DNA from: Yuukianura sp. NJ FZ-2021
Lineage: Eukaryota
NCBI GenBank assembly: GCA_046563655.1
Contig: JAJCTO010000010.1
Coordinates: forward strand, 868,001 to 932,000
Direction of reading: 5' to 3'
Length of the DNA stretch: 64,000 bases
Shown: positions 30,001-39,790 of the stretch, one piece after another
Numbering within the stretch: position 1 is the first letter of the stretch
Layout: every line of letters starts with the position of its first letter
The notes under the pieces: model-generated
What the model was told of the DNA's origin: nothing
Seen by the model: the letters and a program-made list of their open reading frames with translations, nothing else
The model's database searches: none
Position numbers and translations under genes: made by a program

Positions 30001-33000
30001 TAAGTTAACAAAACGAGCTGCACTCTGTCTGGATCTTGTACGCGTTCCGGTGTCGATTTGTTGAGATGGCTTTTGTGTAGCAGGTATTCGCCTCAAGGAA
30101 TTATAAACCACTCTAAAACCCAATAGTAACTAGCCTGGTTAGAAACCGCGCAATGCCATCACTGACAACAGCTAATGGATATTCAAGAGGAAATAAGTAA
30201 AAGTTTGAACGATATTTGAAACTACGAAGTCGGTTGCTTGATATAGTTCCAAGTTTGGTAACTTATAAATGGTTTCTTGCAGCAAATTTTGTACGATTTG
30301 TATTTCCCAATAGCGTATTAGGCAAACTTTGAACCCAGGTATTTAAGATCGCCGCTCCGATGCGATGAAACGTTCGTTAAAACCATATTTCAGAAGGTTG
30401 GATAAACCATACGTTACTCCGTTTTTATTATGCACCCCTCCAACACCAGAAAAATTACAACTGACTCTCAAATCATAATGTGTTTTCAACCGAACCCGCA
30501 AATGTACCTGTTTTATTGCGTTCAAACCCACTTTGCAGAAAGTTGGTATCTCGACAAGTTACCAGCACAATTGCATGCCTGTATTTACTCAACCACAGCA
30601 GAAATAGTTTATGCTACAGGATGAGGCGACCCTCATTGATTATGAAATTTAGTGAAATATTCAGTTTCAATAAAGCTACTTGGTTTCGGGGGCGTGTGAC
30701 TGCTCTAAGTTAACAAAACGAGCTGCACTCTGTCTGGATCTTGTACGCGTTCCGGTGTCGATTTGTTGAGATGGCTTTTGTGTAGCAGGTATTCGCCTCA
30801 AGGAATTATAAACCACTCTAAAACCCAATAGTAACTAGCCTGGTTAGAAACCGCGCAATGCCATCACTGACAACAGCTAATGGATATTCAAGAGGAAATA
30901 AGTAAAAGTTTGAACGATATTTGAAACTACGAAGTCGGTTGCTTGATATAGTTCCAAGTTTGGTAACTTATAAATGGTTTCTTGCAGCAAATTTTGTACG
31001 ATTTGTATTTCCCAATAGCGTATTAGGCAAACTTTGAACCCAGGTATTTAAGATCGCCGCTCCGATGCGATGAAACGTTCGTTAAAACCATATTTCAGAA
31101 GGTTGGATAAACCGTACGTTACTCCGTTTTTATTATGCACCCCTCCAACACCAGAAAAATTACAACTGACTCTCAAATCATAATGTGTTTTCAACCGAAC
31201 CTGCAAATGTACCTGTTTTATTGCGTTCAAACCCACTTTGCAGAAAGTTGGTATCTCGACAAGTTACCAGCACAATTGCATGCCTGTATTTACTCAACCA
31301 CAGCAGAAATAGTTTATGCTACAGGATGAGGCGACCCTCATTGATTATGAAATTTAGTGAAATATTCAGTTTCAATAAAGCTACTTGGTTTCGGGGGCGT
31401 GTGACTGCTCTAAGTTAACAAAACGAGCTGCACTCTGTCTGGATCTTGTACGCGTTCCGGTGTCGATTTGTTGAGATGGCTTTTGTGTAGCAGGTATTCG
31501 CCTCAAGGAATTATAAACCACTCTAAAACCCAATAGTAACTAGCCTGGTTAGAAACCGCGCAATGCCATCACTGACAACAGCTAATGGATATTCAAGAGG
31601 AAATAAGTAAAAGTTTGAACGATATTTGAAACTACGAAGTCGGTTGCTTGATATAGTTCCAAGTTTGGTAACTTATAAATGGTTTCTTGCAGCAAATTTT
31701 GTACGATTTGTATTTCCCAATAGCGTATTAGGCAAACTTTGAACCCAGGTATTTAAGATCGCCGCTCCGATGCGATGAAACGTTCGTTAAAACCATATTT
31801 CAGAAGGTTGGATAAACCGTACGTTACTCCGTTTTTATTATGCACCCCTCCAACACCAGAAAAATTACAACTGACTCTCAAATCATAATGTGTTTTCAAC
31901 CGAACCTGCAAATGTACCTGTTTTATTGCGTTCAAACCCACTTTGCAGAAAGTTGGTATCTCGACAAGTTACCAGCACAATTGCATGCCTGTATTTACTC
32001 AACCACAGCAGAAATAGTTTATGCTACAGGATGAGGCGACCCTCATTGATTATGAAATTTAGTGAAATATTCAGTTTCAATAAAGCTACTTGGTTTCGGG
32101 GGCGTGTGACTGCTCTAAGTTAACAAAACGAGCTGCACTCTGTCTGGATCTTGTACGCGTTCCGGTGTCGATTTGTTGAGATGGCTTTTGTGTAGCAGGT
32201 ATTCGCCTCAAGGAATTATAAACCACTCTAAAACCCAATAGTAACTAGCCTGGTTAGAAACCGCGCAATGCCATCACTGACAACAGCTAATGGATATTCA
32301 AGAGGAAATAAGTAAAAGTTTGAACGATATTTGAAACTACGAAGTCGGTTGCTTGATATAGTTCCAAGTTTGGTAACTTATAAATGGTTTCTTGCAGCAA
32401 ATTTTGTACGATTTGTATTTCCCAATAGCGTATTAGGCAAACTTTGAACCCAGGTATTTAAGATCGCCGCTCCGATGCGATGAAACGTTCGTTAAAACCA
32501 TATTTCAGAAGGTTGGATAAACCGTACGTTACTCCGTTTTTATTATGCACCCCTCCAACACCAGAAAAATTACAACTGACTCTCAAATCATAATGTGTTT
32601 TCAACCGAACCTGCAAATGTACCTGTTTTATTGCGTTCAAACCCACTTTGCAGAAAGTTGGTATCTCGACAAGTTACCAGCACAATTGCATGCCTGTATT
32701 TACTCAACCACAGCAGAAATAGTTTATGCTACAGGATGAGGCGACCCTCATTGATTATGAAATTTAGTGAAATATTCAGTTTCAATAAAGCTACTTGGTT
32801 TCGGGGGCGTGTGACTGCTCTAAGTTAACAAAACGAGCTGCACTCTGTCTGGATCTTGTACGCGTTCCGGTGTCGATTTGTTGAGATAGCTTTTGTGTAG
32901 CAGGTATTCGCCTCAAGGAATTATAAACCACTCTAAAACCCAATAGTAACTAGCCTGGTTAGAAACCGCGCAATGCCATCACTGACAACAGCTAATGGAT

Positions 33001-35768
33001 ATTCAAGAGGAAATAAGTAAAAGTTTGAACGATATTTGAAACTACGAAGTCGGTTGCTTGATATAGTTCCAAGTTTGGTAACTTATAAATGGTTTCTTGC
33101 AGCAAATTTTGTACGATTTGTATTTCCCAATAGCGTATTAGGCAAACTTTGAACCCAGGTATTTAAGATCGCCGCTCCGATGCGATGAAACGTTCGTTAA
33201 AACCATATTTCAGAAGGTTGGATAAACCGTACGTTACTCCGTTTTTATTATGCACCCCTCCAACACCAGAAAAATTACAACTGACTCTCAAATCATAATG
33301 TGTTTTCAACCGAACCTGCAAATGTACCTGTTTTATTGCGTTCAAACCCACTTTGCAGAAAGTTGGTATCTCGACAAGTTACCAGCACAATTGCATGCCT
33401 GTATTTACTCAACCACAGCAGAAATAGTTTATGCTACAGGATGAGGCGACCCTCATTGATTATGAAATTTAGTGAAATATTCAGTTTCAATAAAGCTACT
33501 TGGTTTCGGGGGCGTGTGACTGCTCTAAGTTAACAAAACGAGCTGCACTCTGTCTGGATCTTGTACGCGTTCCGGTGTCGATTTGTTGAGATAGCTTTTG
33601 TGTAGCAGGTATTCGCCTCAAGGAATTATAAACCACTCTAAAACCCAATAGTAACTAGCCTGGTTAGAAACCGCGCAATGCCATCACTGACAACAGCTAA
33701 TGGATATTCAAGAGGAAATAAGTAAAAGTTTGAACGATATTTGAAACTACGAAGTCGGTTGCTTGATATAGTTCCAAGTTTGGTAACTTATAAATGGTTT
33801 CTTGCAGCAAATTTTGTACGATTTGTATTTCCCAATAGCGTATTAGGCAAACTTTGAACCCAGGTATTTAAGATCGCCGCTCCGATGCGATGAAACGTTC
33901 GTTAAAACCATATTTCAGAAGGTTGGATAAACCGTACGTTACTCCGTTTTTATTATGCACCCCTCCAACACCAGAAAAATTACAACTGACTCTCAAATCA
34001 TAATGTGTTTTCAACCGAACCTGCAAATGTACCTGTTTTATTGCGTTCAAACCCACTTTGCAGAAAGTTGGTATCTCGACAAGTTACCAGCACAATTGCA
34101 TGCCTGTATTTACTCAACCACAGCAGAAATAGTTTATGCTACAGGATGAGGCGACCCTCATTGATTATGAAATTTAGTGAAATATTCAGTTTCAATAAAG
34201 CTACTTGGTTTCGGGGGCGTGTGACTGCTCTAAGTTAACAAAACGAGCTGCACTCTGTCTGGATCTTGTACGCGTTCCGGTGTCGATTTGTTGAGATAGC
34301 TTTTGTGTAGCAGGTATTCGCCTCAAGGAATTATAAACCACTCTAAAACCCAATAGTAACTAGCCTGGTTAGAAACCGCGCAATGCCATCACTGACAACA
34401 GCTAATGGATATTCAAGAGGAAATAAGTAAAAGTTTGAACGATATTTGAAACTACGAAGTCGGTTGCTTGATATAGTTGCAAGTTTGGTAACTTATAAAT
34501 GGTTTCTTGCAGCAAATTTTGTACGATTTGTATTTCCCAATAGCGTATTAGGCAAACTTTGAACCCAGGTATTTAAGATCGAAGCTCCGATGCGATGAAA
34601 CGTTCGTTAAAACCATATTTCAGAAGGTTGGATAAACCGTACGTTACTCCGTTTTTATTATGCACCCCTCCAACACCAGAAAAATTACAACTGACTCTCA
34701 AATCATAATGTGTTTTCAACCGAACCTGCAAATGTACCTGTTTTAATGCGTTCAAACCCACTTTGCAGAAAGTTGGTATCTCGACAAGTTACCAGCACAA
34801 TTGCATGCCTGTATTTACTCAACCACAGCAGAAATAGTTTATGCTACAGGATGAGGCGACCCTCATTGATTATGAAATTTAGTGAAATATTCAGTTTCAA
34901 TAAAGCTACTTGGTTTCGGGGGCGTGTGACTGCTCTAAGTTAACAAAACGAGCTGCACTCTGTCTGGATCTTGTACGCGTTCCGGTGTCGATTTGTTGAG
35001 ATAGCTTTTGTGTAGCAGGTATTCGCCTCAAGGAATTATAAACCACTCTAAAACCCAATAGTAACTAGCATGGTTAGAAACCGCGCAATGCCATCACTGA
35101 CAACAGCTAATGGATATTCAAGAGGAAATAAGTAAAAGTTTGAACGATATTTGAAACTACGAAGTCGGTTGCTTGATATAGTTGCAAGTTTGGTAACTTA
35201 TAAATGGTTTCTTGCAGCAAATTTTGTACGATTTGTATTTCCCAATAGCGTATTAGGCAAACTTTGAACCCAGGTATTTAAGATCGCCGCTCCGATGCGA
35301 TGAAACGTTCGTTAAAACCATATTTCAGAAGGTTGGATAAACCATACGTTACTCCGTTTTTATTATGCACCCCTCCAACACCAGAAAAATTACAACTGAC
35401 TCTCAAATCATAATGTGTTTTCAACCGAACCTGCAAATGTACCTGTTTTATTGCGTTCAAACCCACTTTGCAGAAAGTTTGTATCTCGACAAGTTACCAG
35501 CACAATTGCATGCCTGTATTTACTCAACCACAGCAGAAATAGTTTATGCTACAGGATGAGGCGACCCTCATTGATTATGAAATTTAGTGAAATATTCAGT
35601 TTCAATAAAGCTACTTGGTTTCGGGGGCGTGTGACTGCTCTAAGTTAACAAAACCAGCTGCATTCTGTCTGGATCTTGTACGCGTTCCGGTGTCGATTTG
35701 TTGAGATAGCTTTTGTGTAGCAGGTATTCGCCTCAAGGAATTATAAACCACTCTGAAACCCAATAGTA
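1..35768. repeat. Tandem satellite array, 705-bp unit, about 50.7 copies, open at window start
   Basis: Sequence and ORF track recur with exact 705-bp period (58, 763, 1468...). The array stops mid-unit at ...caatagta (the unit would continue actagcc), where the LTR begins. Confidence 0.99.
23389..23502. repeat. 57-bp internal tandem duplication in one satellite unit (762-bp variant)
   Basis: (c/t)tgcaaatgtacctg...gttggtatctc is present twice (23389-23445, 23446-23502). Downstream register shifts by 57 bp. Confidence 0.97.
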
Positions 35769-36195
35769 TGTAACGTCGGATTTTGACTTCTCCCGGAATT
35801 CGTATTTCGGGACAAGTTAAAATCTGAACGAATTTCTAATTAGGAGTAATTAGTGATAAGGGTAAAATGAACGTGTATGCAAATTGATAAAACTCGCTTT
35901 TGCAACAAAGTTGCAAAGAGTTATGATCTTTGATCTGACAGGCCAGAGAAAGCCGACGCGACAATTCTACTTGTTTAACAAGTTTTACACTTGTTTGACA
36001 TGTAAAGTCATGCCATAAGCGAGTGATTTTAATTCAAATTGACGAGATGTCAATTTGCATACACTCGCAACTTTGTCTGATATCGGACATTAATGACTAA
36101 ACAGGATTATAAATCCTGGTCATTAACGTCCGATTGCGGACACAAGTTGCCAAGGGTAATTAGAATTAGAGGACAGAGTAGGTTACTAACTAGGT

Positions 36196-36317
36196 TATAA
36201 ATAGTAGTGAGAACTCTGTTAAAATTAAGTCATTTTCAAATTAGCTTTTCTCCTAAATCTCTCTGGGATCTACTTTCAAAAGGTTAGGTTGCGCTATACT
36301 CTCTTTTGGGAAATAAA
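36196..36317 (+). promoter_or_regulatory. LTR1 TATA box, initiator-like motif and poly(A) signal
   Basis: TATAAATA at 36196, aagtcatt about 30 nt downstream, AATAAA at 36312-36317. All three are conserved in LTR2. Confidence 0.75.
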
Positions 36318-36407
36318 CTCTGAAAAATCCAACTCTCTGCCGTTGTTGCATCTAAACTTCGCTCTTGCTGGAGTCCACTAACTACCGAGAATCCAACTGT
36401 AGCTGAA

Positions 36408-36416
36408 GAGGTAATT
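36408..36416 (+). promoter_or_regulatory. Putative splice donor in LTR1
   Basis: ctgtagctgaagag|gtaatt; LTR2 has ctgtagctgacagag|gtaagg at the homologous position. Confidence 0.6.
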
Positions 36417-36783
36417 GAAAACAATTACTATGTTGTTTAAGAGAGCTAGGTTTGGGCTTATTCTATAGTATCTTAGGCAGTTAGGACTGGCGGTGGGGCT
36501 GGTGGGACCAGGCCCCACCTGGGGTCAATGGCGGGTAATCAGGAGAAACAGGTGGATTAGGTAGGCTAGGCTTCATCCTCTTCTTGATCTCTGGCATTCA
36601 GATTAGTTCCTTAAGGGCCCGGGAGGGTCAAAGGGTTAGGTCACGAGGGGTACGCGGGTGTTAGACCCGCAGAGGACTTGGGGCCTCGGCTATTGGTAGT
36701 TTTCAGAGAACTACCAACAGTTTTCATTAAACAAAGGTACTTTTCCAAGTATTTTAAAGATGCGAAGAATTACCCCGTTTCAA

Positions 36784-36801
36784 TGGAGGTTCTACTGAGA
36801 T
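36784..36801 (+). promoter_or_regulatory. Primer-binding site, tRNA-Gln
   Basis: TGGAGGTTCTACTGAGAT versus the reverse complement of the metazoan tRNA-Gln 3' end (TGGAGGTTCCACCGAGAT); the two differences would be G:U pairs. Identical in element 2. Confidence 0.88.
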
Positions 36802-37556
36802 CCTCTCGTATAGCCCTTAAGGCTTCCAGTTAGGTTAATAGGCAGTTCACAAAGGTCAAAGTAATATATAGAGCTCATAATTATTTGAAAAATCAAAATC
36901 AGAAATGGCGCGAAAATTTGAATTTTTAAAAATCTGAAAAATCAGTAGTAGAAGGTAGGAAGGGACTTTGTCCCCAGCTAATAGTAGAAGGCAAGGGGAG
37001 AACTTAACCCTGGTCTAAATTTTGATCTGAAAAACTTTCCTATTAAAACTATTAAAACTGTTGAGCTATCAGAACCATAACGTTCACTTTTAATCAGTTC
37101 ATAATTCACAAAGTGAACTTTCAAATCCATAACGTTTTACACGAAATGAATTTTCCGAAAAACCAAAATCTTTACCAAAGCATTACAAATATTGTATTTA
37201 AAGTTTTGAACTCTGAAACTCATATTAGAAAAATGAATACTGAGACTACCCTGAGAACTCGATGAGTTTGATCAAATTAACAATAACGCTGTTTCATTTC
37301 CAAAAACATAACGGTTCCTTAACGCTCTCTGTTGACCTATGACATAACGCCCATACGGGATAACCATGGAATGGTGTCCATTAACCTATTGTTCTAAGAC
37401 TTCATGATCTCATTTCTTTTGGAATCCTAAAGACTGAAGAGAGAGAGAATTGTGGGAAAAGATTTCCAACTCGCTTAAAGAAAGTAGAATCTGGACGAGA
37501 GTTCAGTAGCTTAAGAGCATGCCTAAAAGGAAGCTCTTGTAGAAAAATTTCGATTT

Positions 37557-38311
37557 GAAAATGACTTCTTCACAGGGCGGGGTAGACCCTGTGAATAAGA
37601 GTACTGCCCATGGATGACGGCTTGAGGTCCGAGCCCATGTAAGGACTTGATCAATCCCGTCTGAAGGGACAAGTCAGGGTCATGAGGTAGACCCTTAGCA
37701 ACTGGTGTATGCTTTGACCAGGGCTATGGTTTGTGGCGAGAATGCCCCATAGCTGCTCTTATCATTTGGACAATCCGAACACTTGTAGGCGCTGGAGTCG
37801 CGACCAGCAGAAGCTAGTAATTAGGTAGGACAAAGGCCCAAATCCAGACGGCAGGATACCACGGTGAGCTCCGAGGTGGCGAAGGTTCCGCCTGGACCAA
37901 CGAGCTCAGCATAGTTAAGAGAAGGATAAGTCAAGTCTCCGTAGATGTTCCTAAAACGTATACTGGTGCGAAGGGACTAAGGTACCATAGTCCCTCTAGA
38001 AAATGGCTCCACTTTTTGAAAATTTTGCCAAGAATCTCAGTCCATGGAGCACCATGCCCAGACCTAGCCAGTCTGATAGGCAATTTCGTACTGATGACGT
38101 CGAAGGTTTCGACACACACACCCCATGCTCATGGAAGGGAGCATTCTTACCTCTGAGAGTTTGGACTGAGAGGGAACTGAGCCTACTACGAGAGATCTTG
38201 CTAGGGGTGCTAGGAATCTAAAAGCTAAGCAGGTTCCATTTCTTCTTGAATTGAAGAAGGAGTATTAACTCCATACAAACCCTTCCAGGAGAAGGAGATA
38301 GGAGCGACGAC
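37557..38311 (+). other. Large conserved cis-acting RNA structure upstream of the MMP start (candidate IRES and/or packaging signal), element 1
   Basis: Many hairpins with compensatory changes relative to 50148-50920 (listed under findings). Confidence 0.75.
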
Positions 38312-39679
38312 ATGACTCCATACTTTTTATTCTTGACGACGCTGATACTGATGGCCGAAGCATCCGTGCTCACCAGGGAGGAAGACGGTGCCATCCGCTG
38401 CTGGGAAGAGGATCCTGCAGACGTTTCGAGGACTAAGCGTCACGTTTTCAACCCAAGGATGTGGTCAACATTCCAGTTAGGATGGACCCTACAAGACGTA
38501 CCCTTGGAGGTAGACGAATTAAATGCTATGTCTGACGTTAAGTTAGCATTACTTAGATGGAACGAGGTTTCCAATTTCACTTTTGAAAATAAGCCAGGTG
38601 ACTCAACCGCGGAGATTCAAATTAAATTTGCAAAATTTGATCATAACGACTCAAAACCATTTGACGCTGAGGGTGGTATCCTAGGCCATGCATTCTACCC
38701 TAGTGAAGGACTAGGAGGAGATGTGCATCTAGACGCATCTGAAAAATGGGTAACAGGATTTAACACAACTGGAATTAATTTATATACAGTTCTTTTACAT
38801 GAGGTAGGCCATGCCCTTGGTCTTGTCCATACCTCTGAAAACAGTTCAATCATGTACCCTTGGTACAGAGTAAGGGACCCTAACTTAAAACTAAATAATT
38901 CGGACAAACAAGCCCTTGGTAAACTTTACGAACAAGCACATCTTGTGCTCCAAATTGATGAAGAACGAAAAGAAGTCCAAAGTAGACTAAATCGCGCTGT
39001 ATGCAAAGGACGCATTGAACATGCCTTTCGTCTGAATAACGTTTACTTTCTATTCCAAGGGTACGGGCACTTTCAAGTAGAAAAAGGGAAACTTAGTTAC
39101 CCAAGATTTATTATCAACCATCAATATTATCAATACTTTCCAGAAAATACCCAGATCGACCGAATTTTTAAATTCGACGGATTCATTTACATTTTTGCAA
39201 ACACACAATATTGGAAGTACTATACCTCTACCATTTTAGAAAAAGGATATCCCGAAGAGACCAGAAAGTTAGGGATTCTATCTCCAATTACTGGAGTAAT
39301 AACGCAGAGACGTAGCCTTTACCTACAGGTCAATGGTACTTGGCTTGGCTACTACCACTCTCAGGGAAAATTACACCCTCAGGATAAAACACAATTTCCG
39401 CCGCGGTTGAGCGAAGTTCGTACACCGATTATAAGCATTAACGAACATCACCTTGGTCTTTATTCCTTAGAACGAGGTCTTATTATGGAATATGACTGGA
39501 ACTTTCGTTTACACCGATATTACCGATTAGCCAAATTCCTGCAAATCAACTGTGAACCAGAATCCAGTGACTTGACTGCCGGGGCAGATAAGATAGGGTC
39601 ACTTGCATGGGCATTCTTCGGTGTCATAATAATATTCTCACTGATTTCAGTGATTATCATATGGAATTCAATCTATTAA
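38312..39679 (+). CDS. Membrane-anchored matrix metalloproteinase (matrixin/M10A-like), 455 aa
   Basis: Signal peptide; degenerate cysteine switch IRCWEEDP; furin site RTKR; structural-Zn segment DHNDSKPFDAEGGILGHAFYP...GDVHLD; catalytic HEVGHALGLVH; Met-turn SIMYP; hemopexin-like segments (YIFANTQYWKY...GYP); C-terminal hydrophobic anchor; no introns. Confidence 0.95.
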   Translation: MTPYFLFLTTLILMAEASVLTREEDGAIRCWEEDPADVSRTKRHVFNPRMWSTFQLGWTLQDVPLEVDELNAMSDVKLALLRWNEVSNFTFENKPGDSTAEIQIKFAKFDHNDSKPFDAEGGILGHAFYPSEGLGGDVHLDASEKWVTGFNTTGINLYTVLLHEVGHALGLVHTSENSSIMYPWYRVRDPNLKLNNSDKQALGKLYEQAHLVLQIDEERKEVQSRLNRAVCKGRIEHAFRLNNVYFLFQGYGHFQVEKGKLSYPRFIINHQYYQYFPENTQIDRIFKFDGFIYIFANTQYWKYYTSTILEKGYPEETRKLGILSPITGVITQRRSLYLQVNGTWLGYYHSQGKLHPQDKTQFPPRLSEVRTPIISINEHHLGLYSLERGLIMEYDWNFRLHRYYRLAKFLQINCEPESSDLTAGADKIGSLAWAFFGVIIIFSLISVIIIWNSIY

Positions 39680-39790
39680 GATCGAAGAACTAAATAAATC
39701 CACGACTTGGATTTTTGGGATTAACTGTTGACCCACATTTGTAAAGCTATTATATTGTTTCATTAAGGTTACTATTGCCTGGGTTAGGGC

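Larger units (their letters stand above)
35769..36782 (+). repeat. 5' LTR of element 1 (1014 bp)
   Basis: Starts TGTAACG and ends CGTTTCA (TG...CA, imperfect inverted termini). PBS follows 1 nt later. Colinear homology with 48132-49134. Confidence 0.9.

Noticed and set aside
58..35648. Repeated 62, 64 and 77-aa ORFs in the satellite
   Set aside because: Short, overlapping on both strands, no recognisable motifs; recurrence simply follows the DNA repeat, and one unit (near 34745) has a stop in the 64-aa frame.
1..35768. CRISPR array, rDNA/5S, tRNA or histone gene array
   Set aside because: No unique spacers, and no recognisable rRNA, tRNA or histone sequence in the unit.
38091..38120. Hammerhead core CTGATGA plus stem in the structured leader (also near 50699)
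   Set aside because: The stem is followed by acac or aaat rather than the required GAAA.
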